Shown piece by piece: positions 43,769-52,816 of a stretch of 64,000 nucleotides of DNA; within the stretch, counting starts at the first letter, position 1, and every line of letters begins with the position of its first letter. Both the position numbers and the translations under genes were made by a program. Source of the stretch: Clostridia bacterium (GTDB taxonomy: Bacteria > Bacillota > Clostridia > UMGS1810); NCBI GenBank assembly GCA_017502845.1, contig JAFVUE010000003.1:52025-116024 (forward strand), given 5' to 3'. Below the pieces are notes generated by a model, which searched no databases, had not been told where the DNA came from, and saw nothing but the letters and a program-made list of their open reading frames with translations.

Positions 43769-45124
43769 ATGGCATACAGACATGACCAGGAGATAGACCA
43801 TCTCTACAGTACCATACTGGAGACATATTCTATCCCATCAGAAAATTACAGCAAATTCGAGGTTAAACGCGGCCTTCGTAACCTTGACGGTTCCGGTGTA
43901 CTTGCAGGACTTACAAAAGTCAGCGAAGTTCAGGGTTATATTATTTCTCAGGACGAGAAGGTTCCCGTTGACGGAACACTTGCTTACCGCGGTTATGACA
44001 TCGGCGATCTCGTAGAAAATTGCAATGTGGGCGGACGATACCGTTTTGAACAGGTTTGCTTCCTTCTTCTTGAAGGCCGTCTCCCCTCATCCCAGGACGA
44101 ATTCGATGAGTTTCTCGAATTTTTGAATGAAAGCAGCACTCTGCCCGATTCATTTACAGAGGACATGATATTGAAACAGCCATCAAAGGATATCATGAAC
44201 AAGTTGGCGCGTTCTGTTCTTACCCTCTATTCTTATGACGAAGATCCCGATAATTGTGAGATTAGAAATATCCTCCGTCAGTCTGTTCAACTTATAGCAC
44301 AGATGCCTATCCTCGGTGCATATGCTTACCGCGCAAAGAGACATTACTTTGACGGTTCAAGTTTGATTCTCCACTCTCCCAAGAGAGAATTTTCAATAGC
44401 CGAGAATCTTCTCCGTATGCTCCGTTCAAACAAAACATTTGATCCACAGGAAGCGGAAATCCTCGACCTTGCACTTATGCTCCACGCGGAACACGGCGGC
44501 GGTAACAACTCAACCTTTACATGCCGTGTGCTGTCATCTTCGGGAACTGATACTTATGGTGCAATTGCTGCCGCTATCAGCGCATTGAAAGGCCCGCGCC
44601 ACGGTGGTGCGAATGCAAAAGTTATTCAGATGTTTGACCACATCAAAGCCAATGTGAACGAATGGACAGACGAGCAGGAAGTTTATGATTTCCTTACAAA
44701 GATTGTGCGCAAGGAAGCATTTGACCATTCAGGTCTTATCTACGGTATGGGACACGCAGTGTACACTTCATCCGATCCGAGAGCCGTTATATTAAAGGAA
44801 AAGGCGCGTATCCTTGCAGAGAAAACAGGCAATCTTGAGGAATTCAACCTTTATGAACTTGTTGAACGACTCGGTAAGGAAGTTCTCAAAAACGAAAAAG
44901 ACCCCACAAAGGTTGTCTGTGCAAACGTTGACTTCTATTCCGGTTTTGTTTACAGAATGCTCAATATCCCACCTGAAATGTTTACTCCCATATTCGCTAT
45001 GGCGCGTGTTGCCGGTTGGTGTGCACACCGTATTGAGGAAGTTATCTCCGGCGGAAGAATTATCCGTCCTGCATACAAAGCAATCTGCAAAGGCGGTTCA
45101 AAGAAAGTTAATGAAGATAAATAA
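43769..45124 (+). CDS. Citrate synthase family protein
   Basis: Motifs HAEHGGGNNSTF, GPRHGGANAKV and GMGHAVYTSSDPRA match the citrate (Si)-synthase catalytic His/Asp regions. Confidence 0.85.
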   Translation: MAYRHDQEIDHLYSTILETYSIPSENYSKFEVKRGLRNLDGSGVLAGLTKVSEVQGYIISQDEKVPVDGTLAYRGYDIGDLVENCNVGGRYRFEQVCFLLLEGRLPSSQDEFDEFLEFLNESSTLPDSFTEDMILKQPSKDIMNKLARSVLTLYSYDEDPDNCEIRNILRQSVQLIAQMPILGAYAYRAKRHYFDGSSLILHSPKREFSIAENLLRMLRSNKTFDPQEAEILDLALMLHAEHGGGNNSTFTCRVLSSSGTDTYGAIAAAISALKGPRHGGANAKVIQMFDHIKANVNEWTDEQEVYDFLTKIVRKEAFDHSGLIYGMGHAVYTSSDPRAVILKEKARILAEKTGNLEEFNLYELVERLGKEVLKNEKDPTKVVCANVDFYSGFVYRMLNIPPEMFTPIFAMARVAGWCAHRIEEVISGGRIIRPAYKAICKGGSKKVNEDK

Positions 45125-45131
45125 TGAAACT

Positions 45132-45165
45132 AAAAAATCCAAGGTGCAATTACCTTGGATTTTTT
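45132..45165. terminator. Bidirectional terminator between convergent citrate synthase and the paralog operon
   Basis: aaaaaatccaaggt gcaatt accttggattttt. Confidence 0.8.
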
Positions 45166-45170
45166 GCGTC

Positions 45171-46127
45171 TTATACTATTTCATCTATAAAGAAAAATTC
45201 ATAGCCGTGTTCGTGGAAGAACTTTGCCATAGAGAGAATTTTTTCGGGTGTTTCAGGTTGGTAGTTCACATACTCTTTATTGAAATACTGCTCGTGTGTA
45301 CCTACACAAACGTAGTCATACTGCAACTGCTGTTCATATCTTTCCTGAAGATTTTCCACGGGAACGAGATTTAAGCAGATACCTGTGGAGAATGTTTTGA
45401 ATATCATACCTGTCTCTTCATCCTTAACAAACTCTAATGTTCCTTTCTGTTTGTTTTTAATGTCGGTGGGGATGTGGTTATAAGCACAGAGCATGGTCTG
45501 TGGATAGATTCCGCCAACGAGAGTGTCATAAAATCTTGTCTCGGGCTGTCTGTTCTCCAAAAATACTTTTCTCCAGCTTTCGTGATGAATCACCGTTGTT
45601 TCGGGATCGTAATCATAAGCATCGCCCGACGAACAGTTGAGGATTCTTACTCCGCAATCGTAAAGGGCTTTGACTCCTGCTTTGCTTACGGGCATCCAAT
45701 GAGCCGTAATACCCTCGGTAAATGATTTTTCTCCTGCAAATCGGATAATCTCGTTCTTAACCGCCATATAGGATTCTTTCATGGCATCATATGTAATATT
45801 AATGTGGAGAAAATCGGGATATTCCCGCTTACTGTGCCATGCAAGTTTCAGCCAGTCGGAATTTTCCTCCCATTCCGCTTTATATGTATCGGGCATATCG
45901 GCAAGGGTAAACATACTGTCGTCATCGCCGAAGTCGAAAACACCGTCTCTGTAGGATTCCTCTGTCTGATAGAAGAGGTTGAGCTGAACTTTCATACCGT
46001 ATTTGTCGTGTGCCTCTTTGAGCATAGCAAAATACGGCTCGTCAAAGATAGATGCAGGTTTGTTTTTCGCAAGTTTGCGCAATGTCCAGATATGGTCGTC
46101 TATATAGAAATATATTTTCTTTGCCAT
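45171..46127 (-). CDS. Uncharacterised cytoplasmic protein, tandem paralog 4 of 4 in transcription order (HEQYF family)
   Basis: 318 aa with YIDDHIW, IFDEPYFAMLKEAHDKYG, NSDWLKLAWHS, EIIRFAGE, AHW and THEQYFNKEYVNYQPE; no signal peptide. Confidence 0.8.
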   Translation of the reverse strand: MAKKIYFYIDDHIWTLRKLAKNKPASIFDEPYFAMLKEAHDKYGMKVQLNLFYQTEESYRDGVFDFGDDDSMFTLADMPDTYKAEWEENSDWLKLAWHSKREYPDFLHINITYDAMKESYMAVKNEIIRFAGEKSFTEGITAHWMPVSKAGVKALYDCGVRILNCSSGDAYDYDPETTVIHHESWRKVFLENRQPETRFYDTLVGGIYPQTMLCAYNHIPTDIKNKQKGTLEFVKDEETGMIFKTFSTGICLNLVPVENLQERYEQQLQYDYVCVGTHEQYFNKEYVNYQPETPEKILSMAKFFHEHGYEFFFIDEIV

Positions 46128-46139
46128 AATGATTTCTCC

Positions 46140-47099
46140 CTATTTTATAAGTTCATCCACAAAGAAAAATTCATATCCGTTATCGTGGAAGAATTTTGCC
46201 ATTGAATGGAATTTCTCTGCAGTGTCGGGCTGATAATTGCAATACTCCTCATTGAAATACTGCTCGTGTGAGCCGACGCACACATAATCGTACTTGAGTT
46301 GACTTTCGTACACCTGCGGGAGAGTTTCAAGGGGAGAAAGATTCAGGATGATTTCAGGGCAGAACTCCTTAAATTTCATTCCCGTCTCTTCATCAGTCAT
46401 ACAATCAAATGTGCCCAGCTGTTTGTTTCCGATTTCGGAGGGCAGATGGTTTTGTCCGCAGAACATTGTCTGGGGGTAGATTCCTCCGACAATCGTGTCA
46501 TAGCATCGTGTTTCGGGTTGTCTGTTTTTAAGGAAAACCTCTCGCCACGCTTCGTGGTGGATAACAGTTGTATCGGGATCATAATCGTAGGCATCACCTT
46601 TTGATGCGTTGAGGATTCGAACTCCGCAATCGTAAAGTGCCTTAACACCATCTTTACTTACGGGAAGCCAATGTGCAGTTATTCCCTCTGTTAATGATTT
46701 CTCCCCTGCAAATCGGATGATTTCGTTCTTAACCTTCATATACGATTCCTTCATCTCATCATAAGTAACGTTGAGGTAAAGGAAAGGCGGGTACTCCTTC
46801 GTGGAATGCCACGCAAGTTTAAGCCAGTCGGAATTTGCTTCCCATTCGCTCTTATATGTATCGGGCACTTCGGCAAGGGTAAACATACTGTCGTCATCGC
46901 CGAAATCAAAAACTCCGTCTCTGTAAGATTCCTCTGTCTGATAGAAAAGATTTAACTGGACTTTCATACCGTATTTGTCGTGTGCCTCTTTGAGCATAGC
47001 AAAATACGGCTCGTCAAAGATAGATGCAGGTTTGTTTTTCGCAAGTTTGCGGAGTGTCCAGATATGGTCATCAACATAGAAATATATTTTCTTAGACAT
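46140..47099 (-). CDS. Uncharacterised cytoplasmic protein, tandem paralog 3 of 4 (HEQYF family)
   Basis: 319 aa. The N-terminal ~75 aa are almost identical to 45171-46127, the rest is diverged; 12-nt gap to the next gene. Confidence 0.8.
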   Translation of the reverse strand: MSKKIYFYVDDHIWTLRKLAKNKPASIFDEPYFAMLKEAHDKYGMKVQLNLFYQTEESYRDGVFDFGDDDSMFTLAEVPDTYKSEWEANSDWLKLAWHSTKEYPPFLYLNVTYDEMKESYMKVKNEIIRFAGEKSLTEGITAHWLPVSKDGVKALYDCGVRILNASKGDAYDYDPDTTVIHHEAWREVFLKNRQPETRCYDTIVGGIYPQTMFCGQNHLPSEIGNKQLGTFDCMTDEETGMKFKEFCPEIILNLSPLETLPQVYESQLKYDYVCVGSHEQYFNEEYCNYQPDTAEKFHSMAKFFHDNGYEFFFVDELIK

Positions 47100-47114
47100 A
47101 GTTTTTTCTCCTTA

Positions 47115-48044
47115 TTATATTATATCCTCTGCGAAGATAAATTCATAGCCGTGTTCTGTGAAATATTTCGCCATCAATGCCATCTTTTCTTTAGTATCGG
47201 GTTGATAGTAATCATAGAAATCGTGGAAATATTGCTCGTGGGTAATCATACCAACAAGTTCGTCATCCTTGATTTTCTCAAACAGACTTTCGAGATGATC
47301 CAACTTAAAACTGTTGAGGATAACGCCCGAACAGAATGTCTTGAATATCATACCTGTATCTTCGTCCTCCACATAATTGAATGTTCCTTTTATCTTGCTG
47401 TCATAAATATCGGAGGGGATATGGTTCCAACTACAAAGGTTATATCCCTCGGATTCGAATGTGATTTCGTTGGTGCTTACTTTTGATTCAGGTTTTCTGT
47501 TGCTCATAAGTGCTTCCTTATAAGAGGAGTGGAGTTCGCCTGTAAATTCCTCATAATCGCAAGCAGTGCCGTGGGTTGAATCAAGAACTCTTACTCCGCA
47601 ATCGTAGAGTGCCTGAACACCCTCTTTGCTTACGGGGAGCCAGTGAGCACAGGTTGCATAAGTAAATGTCTTCTCCCCTGCGAAGCGGAATACTTCACGC
47701 TCAATATTTTTGAATGTTTCATGCATCTCATCATAGTCAATATTCACGTGTGGAACATTGGGGAATTCTTTCTTCGCGTGGTAGGCAAGCTTCAGCCAAT
47801 TGCTGTTTTCTTCCCATTCCGCCTTGTATGTATCGGGAACTTCAGACAAATCGAACTTGCCCATATCATAGCTTTCGTCAAGTTCATAGAAAAGGTTGAG
47901 CTGGAGTTTTAAGCCGTATTTGTCGTGAATATCCCTGAGCATCCCGAAGAACGGAATATCAAATATGGAATCGGGTTTTCTTTCCGCCAACTGCTTGAAT
48001 GCGAAAATATTATCGTCGATGTAGAAAAAGAATTTTTTTGACAT
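47115..48044 (-). CDS. Uncharacterised cytoplasmic protein, tandem paralog 2 of 4 (HEQYF family)
   Basis: 309 aa with YIDDNIF, NSNWLKLAYHA, EVFRFAGE, AHW and THEQYFHDFYDYYQPD. Confidence 0.8.
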   Translation of the reverse strand: MSKKFFFYIDDNIFAFKQLAERKPDSIFDIPFFGMLRDIHDKYGLKLQLNLFYELDESYDMGKFDLSEVPDTYKAEWEENSNWLKLAYHAKKEFPNVPHVNIDYDEMHETFKNIEREVFRFAGEKTFTYATCAHWLPVSKEGVQALYDCGVRVLDSTHGTACDYEEFTGELHSSYKEALMSNRKPESKVSTNEITFESEGYNLCSWNHIPSDIYDSKIKGTFNYVEDEDTGMIFKTFCSGVILNSFKLDHLESLFEKIKDDELVGMITHEQYFHDFYDYYQPDTKEKMALMAKYFTEHGYEFIFAEDII

Positions 48045-48061
48045 ATCGTTATCTCCTTATA

Positions 48062-48988
48062 TCACAGAATCTCGTCAAGGAAGAAAAATTCAAAGCCGTG
48101 CTCTGTGAAGTATTTTGCCATAAGGTTATATTTTTCGGCAGTGTCGGGCTGATAGTTTACATAAAAATCGTGGTAGTACTGTTCGTGTGTGAAGATGCAG
48201 ACATATTCCTGATCCTTCTGCTTTTCAAAGCGCTCGGGGAGACTCTCAAGTGTTGAACTGTTGAGGCAGATGCCTGTACTGTAGCACTTGAATTTCATTC
48301 CCGTTTCCTCGTCAGTGATATAATCAAAAGTTCCGTATATTCTCTTTTCATCTTCGGATGAGATATTGTTATATGAACACAGAGAGGTAAGGTAATAATC
48401 TCTGTTTATAAATTTTTTATAGCACTTTGATTCGGGTTTTCTGTTGTCGAGAAGCAATTCCACACAATCGGGTGTGAGGTCGGAGGTTTCGGGATCGTAT
48501 TCAAACGGATCTCCATAAGAAGCATAAAGCAACGGTACTCCGCAGTCATAGAGTGCCTGAACTCCATCTTTGCTGACAGGAACCCAGTGAGCACAGGTAA
48601 CGTAAGTAAATGACTTTTCCCCTGCAAAGCGGAATACTTCGCGTTCGATATTTTTGAATGTATTATACATATCGTCATAGTCGATATTAAGATGTGGGAA
48701 ATTGGGGAATTCCTTCTTCGCGTGGTAGGCAAGCTTCAACCAGTCGGAGTTTGCTTCCCATTCTGATTTATATGTATCGGGGACTTCGGCTAAAGTGAAT
48801 GTTCCCTCTCCGTATGACTCGTCTGTCTGATAAAACAAATTGAGCTGAACCTTTAATCCATAGTTGTCGTGGGCACCTTTGAGCATACCAAAGAAAGGCA
48901 CATCAAATATTGATTCGGGCTTTCTCTCCGCCAACTGACGGAACGCCCAGATATTGTCATCGATGAAAAAATATATTTTTTTTGACAT
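48062..48988 (-). CDS. Uncharacterised cytoplasmic protein, tandem paralog 1 of 4 (HEQYF family)
   Basis: MSKKIYFFIDDNIW.... The start is moved to ATG 48988 (GAAGGAGTG RBS). Confidence 0.8.
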   Translation of the reverse strand: MSKKIYFFIDDNIWAFRQLAERKPESIFDVPFFGMLKGAHDNYGLKVQLNLFYQTDESYGEGTFTLAEVPDTYKSEWEANSDWLKLAYHAKKEFPNFPHLNIDYDDMYNTFKNIEREVFRFAGEKSFTYVTCAHWVPVSKDGVQALYDCGVPLLYASYGDPFEYDPETSDLTPDCVELLLDNRKPESKCYKKFINRDYYLTSLCSYNNISSEDEKRIYGTFDYITDEETGMKFKCYSTGICLNSSTLESLPERFEKQKDQEYVCIFTHEQYYHDFYVNYQPDTAEKYNLMAKYFTEHGFEFFFLDEIL

Positions 48989-49009
48989 ATAAATCACTCC
49001 TTCAATGTT

Positions 49010-49037
49010 ATTATAACAACATCGTACGGAAAGTCAA
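49010..49037 (-). promoter_or_regulatory. Strong promoter of the four-paralog operon (TTGACT-16-TGtTATAAT)
   Basis: Minus-strand reading; -35 at 49032-49037, -10 at 49010-49015 with an extended TG. It lies between the msmX terminator and the first paralog. Confidence 0.6.
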
Positions 49038-49133
49038 GAAAATCTTGGGCTAAAGGCGGTGCTTCATAGGGAGAAGTCGGTTTTGAAAGGCAATTTACCG
49101 CAAATTTACCAAAAAACAAGCATAGTTCAGTGC

Positions 49134-49173
49134 ACAAAAAACAGTGCGCCTTGCCATATGCAAAGCGCACTGT
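49134..49173 (-). terminator. Rho-independent terminator after the ABC ATPase gene
   Basis: Stem acagtgcgc / gcgcactgt followed by TTTTTT on the minus strand. Confidence 0.8.
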
Positions 49174-49221
49174 CTATGTTCTTGTAAAAAATTAACCAAC
49201 CGATTAATCTGATACCTAAAA

Positions 49222-50334
49222 TTAGTTAAGAATTGCCAACTCTGTCTCTTTATCGAAGAGGTGAATCTTGTTGGAATCAAATACAATCTTGATATCGTCG
49301 CCGTGTTTAGCAGTACTTCTGGGGTTAACTCTTGCTGTGAAAGCAACCTCACCAATCTTGAGATAGAGGTATGTCTCAGCACCCATCATTTCAGTAAGTT
49401 CAACATAAGCGTCGATCTGATTTTCTTCGTTGGCTGCAAGGAAAGCTTCCTCGTCGTGGATATCCTCAGGACGAACGCCGAGAACAACTGTCTTGCCAAT
49501 CACACCTGCTTCTCTTACTTTAGCAGCTTTACCCTCGGGGAGTTTTACGCTGAAGCCGTTACCTTTAAGGTAGATGTCTTTGTTACCTTCTTCAACACGA
49601 GCGTCAACGAAGTTCATCTGGGGGCTGCCGATGAATCCTGCAACAAACATGTTAACAGGGTTGGAGTAAAGGTTAGCAGGGGAATCGATCTGCTGTACAA
49701 AACCGTCTTTCATAACTATGATTCTGGAACCCATTGTCATAGCTTCTGTCTGGTCATGTGTTACATAGATAAATGTAGTCTTCAATCTCTTGTGGAGTTT
49801 ACCGATCTCTGTTCTCATCTGAACACGGAGTTTAGCGTCCAGGTTGGAGAGAGGTTCGTCCATAAGGAATACTTTTGGCTCACGAACGATAGCACGACCG
49901 AGAGCAACACGCTGTCTCTGACCACCGGAAAGCGCCTTGGGCTTTCTGTCGAGAAGGTGCTCGATGTCGAGAATCTTTGCTGCTTCATTAACTCTTCTTC
50001 TGATCTCATCCTTGGGAGTCTTTCTGAGTTTGAGACCGAATGCCATATTTTCAAATACAGTCATATGAGGATAAAGAGCATAGTTCTGGAAAACCATCGC
50101 AATGTCTCTGTCCTTGGGTGCTTTGTCATTAACGAGTTCGCCGTCAATGTAGAGTTCACCTTCTGAAATTTCTTCAAGACCGGCAATCATTCTGAGAGTA
50201 GTTGACTTACCGCAACCGGAAGGACCAACCAGAACGATAAACTCCTTATCCTGAATATCCAGTGTGAAATCTGATACTGCAGTAACGCCACCTGCGTATC
50301 TTTTGTAAATGTGGTCTAACTTCAAACCTGCCAT
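49222..50334 (-). CDS. msmX: Sugar ABC transporter ATP-binding protein (MsmX/MsmK/MalK-type, stand-alone)
   Basis: Walker A GPSGCGKST, signature LSGGQRQR, Walker B FLMDEPLSNLD and a C-terminal TOBE-like region; no permease or SBP genes adjacent. Confidence 0.9.
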   Translation of the reverse strand: MAGLKLDHIYKRYAGGVTAVSDFTLDIQDKEFIVLVGPSGCGKSTTLRMIAGLEEISEGELYIDGELVNDKAPKDRDIAMVFQNYALYPHMTVFENMAFGLKLRKTPKDEIRRRVNEAAKILDIEHLLDRKPKALSGGQRQRVALGRAIVREPKVFLMDEPLSNLDAKLRVQMRTEIGKLHKRLKTTFIYVTHDQTEAMTMGSRIIVMKDGFVQQIDSPANLYSNPVNMFVAGFIGSPQMNFVDARVEEGNKDIYLKGNGFSVKLPEGKAAKVREAGVIGKTVVLGVRPEDIHDEEAFLAANEENQIDAYVELTEMMGAETYLYLKIGEVAFTARVNPRSTAKHGDDIKIVFDSNKIHLFDKETELAILN

Positions 50335-50594
50335 TGTTTTTACCTCCTATATGTGTGTTAAAAACATAATTTAACTAATATATCATAACTATAATAACAC
50401 AAACTGAAAATATTGACTATTAGTTATATGCACAAAATAATTTTTCATTATTTAGTAACATTCGACAATTCCCTCAATTTCGTTGGTTTTCAAAGAGTTT
50501 TTATGCCCACTTTTTGTCTCTGTTTTGTTTATATTTTATCTAAACCGCTATATGTTGTGGTATTTTCTTTGGCTATTTTGTATGACAATATTTT

Positions 50595-52727
50595 TTACAA
50601 ATCTCTCATAGACAAGGAAATCCGCTTTTTATTAAGGTCAACGCCTATAACTTTAACTTTTACCACATCCCCTACATTTAGTATCTCCATGGGGTGTTTG
50701 ATGTATTTATCGCAAATCTGTGATATGTGGACAAGTCCGTCCTGATGTACGCCGATATCAACAAATGCACCAAAGTCAATTACGTTGCGGACAGTACCTG
50801 TCATTATCATACCCTCTTTAAGGTCTTCCATACTCATAACATCAGTTGAAAGAACAGGGGATTCCATATCTTCACGTATATCTCGTCCGGGACGTGCAAG
50901 TGAATCTGCAATATCCTCTACCGTGGGAAGTCCTACATCATTATCAGTACAGAATTTCTTTGTGTCGAAATCTTTCATTCGCTCTTTTATATCTGCAAAA
51001 TTATCGCCTTTGCCGTTGTAGCCAAGGGCAGATATGAGTTTTTCCGCAACCTCATAGGATTCGGGATGAACGGAAGTGTTATCGAGCATCTCATCTCCCC
51101 CGGGTATACGGAGAAAACCTGCACACTGAACATACGCCTTGGGACCGAGTTTGCCTACTTTGAGAAGTTGACTGCGTTTTTTGAATTTGCCGTTTTCTTC
51201 ACGGTACTTAACAATATTTTTCGCAACCGCACCGCTGATACCCGAAATGTACGAAAGAAGCGCTGCACCTGCAGTATTAAGGTCAACGCCGACAGCATTA
51301 ACACAATCCTCTACAACACCGCCTAAAGATTCGCCCAGACGTTTCTGATTCATATCGTGCTGATACTGTCCTACACCGATTGATTTCGGGTCAATCTTAA
51401 CAAGTTCGGAAAGGGGATCCTGAATTCGTCTTGCAATGGAAGCTGCGCTTCTCTGCTCAACCGTAAAATCAGGAAATTCCTCTGCGCCCAGGTCTGATGC
51501 GGAATATACTGACGCACCCGCCTCGTTTACTATGGCGTATTTAACTGTTCTTCCTGCCCCTTTGATCACATCTGCAACAAAAATCTCGCTTTCTCTCGAA
51601 GCAGTACCGTTGCCGATAGCAATAAGATCAACGCCGTATTTATCAATAAGTCCGAGAACGTATTTTTTTGACTTTTCCTTATCATGATGCTCCAAAGTGC
51701 AGTATATAATACCTGTGTCGCAAACCTTACCGGTTTCATCAACTACCGCAACTTTACAGCCGGTACGGTAACCGGGGTCGACACCCAGAACTGTTTTGCC
51801 CTTGACGGGCGGCTGTAAAAGCAAATTATGCAAATTTTTTGAAAAAAGAACTATTGCCGCTTCTCCCGCTCTCTCCGTAAGCGAGGACCGGATTTCCCTC
51901 TCAATTGAGGGCGCAATAAGGCGGCCGTAGGCATCTGTTGCAGCATCCTTTACATAATTTTCAAATATATTGCCCGTCGACACCTGCTTGTGAAGATAAT
52001 CTGTGATTCTCTCCTCGTCCACATCTATGCGGACTTTGAGAAATCCCTCTCTCTCGCCACGGTCAATTGCAAGAATTCGGTGGTTGGCAATCTTTGAGAT
52101 GCTTTCGGAAAATTCGTAATACATCTCATAAACCTTACCCTCGTCGCCATCCCCGGATGTGTTTATAATACCTGTGCGGAGGGAAACATCATAAATCTTC
52201 TTGCGGTAATCAGCATTGTCGGAGATGTTCTCTGCAATTATATCCATTGCACCCGCCGCTGCGTCTTCCTCGGTGAGGACTTCCTTTTCGGGGTTAATAT
52301 ACGATGAGAGTATTTCACTCACATTGCCTGTTGTGGCAGGGTCAAGCATAATCTCTGCCAACGGTTCTAAACCCTTTTCCTTTGCAATAGTTGCACGTGT
52401 GCGGCGTTTCTGCTTATAAGGACGGTAAAGGTCCTCGACCTCCCGCAAAATTTCTGCTTCACGGATTTTCGCCTCTAATTCCTCCGTGAGTTTTCCCTGT
52501 CCGTCAATTAAGCGGATAACCTCTTCCTTTCTCTCTTCAAGATTGCGGAGGTAGGTAAGCCGGTCATTGAATGTACGGAGAACGCCGTCATCAAGACCGC
52601 CTGTAACCTCTTTGCGGTAACGGGCGATAAACGGAATGGTGTTGTCCTCATCAATAAGGCGGATAGTGTTTACCGCCTGTTCCACTTTAATGGAAAGTTC
52701 TGATGCAAGTTTTTCTGCAATGTTCAT
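50595..52727 (-). CDS. tex: Tex-like transcription accessory protein (YqgF-like, HHH and C-terminal S1 domains)
   Basis: MNIAEKLASELSIKVEQAVNTIRLIDEDNTIPFIARYRKEVTGGLDD.... C-terminal S1 segment GMIMTGTVRNVIDFGAFVDIGVHQDGLVHIS. The start is moved to ATG 52727, because the ORF-track start overlaps the upstream terminator. Confidence 0.9.
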   Translation of the reverse strand: MNIAEKLASELSIKVEQAVNTIRLIDEDNTIPFIARYRKEVTGGLDDGVLRTFNDRLTYLRNLEERKEEVIRLIDGQGKLTEELEAKIREAEILREVEDLYRPYKQKRRTRATIAKEKGLEPLAEIMLDPATTGNVSEILSSYINPEKEVLTEEDAAAGAMDIIAENISDNADYRKKIYDVSLRTGIINTSGDGDEGKVYEMYYEFSESISKIANHRILAIDRGEREGFLKVRIDVDEERITDYLHKQVSTGNIFENYVKDAATDAYGRLIAPSIEREIRSSLTERAGEAAIVLFSKNLHNLLLQPPVKGKTVLGVDPGYRTGCKVAVVDETGKVCDTGIIYCTLEHHDKEKSKKYVLGLIDKYGVDLIAIGNGTASRESEIFVADVIKGAGRTVKYAIVNEAGASVYSASDLGAEEFPDFTVEQRSAASIARRIQDPLSELVKIDPKSIGVGQYQHDMNQKRLGESLGGVVEDCVNAVGVDLNTAGAALLSYISGISGAVAKNIVKYREENGKFKKRSQLLKVGKLGPKAYVQCAGFLRIPGGDEMLDNTSVHPESYEVAEKLISALGYNGKGDNFADIKERMKDFDTKKFCTDNDVGLPTVEDIADSLARPGRDIREDMESPVLSTDVMSMEDLKEGMIMTGTVRNVIDFGAFVDIGVHQDGLVHISQICDKYIKHPMEILNVGDVVKVKVIGVDLNKKRISLSMRDL

Positions 52728-52744
52728 ATTTGAAATTCCTCTCT

Positions 52745-52779
52745 GCAAAACAAGACCGCCATGGTAAATGACGGCGGTC
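52745..52779 (-). terminator. Rho-independent terminator after the lipoprotein gene
   Basis: Stem gaccgcc / ggcggtc followed by TTGTTTT on the minus strand. Confidence 0.65.
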
Positions 52780-52816
52780 CTGCGTGATTATTACCTGATT
52801 ATATCTTTATTCTCTA

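Noticed and set aside
50335-50594. Promoter and terminator elements in the AT-rich gap between tex and the ABC ATPase gene
   Set aside because: I found no convincing -35/-10 pair with correct spacing and no GC-rich terminator hairpin. The gap is left unannotated.
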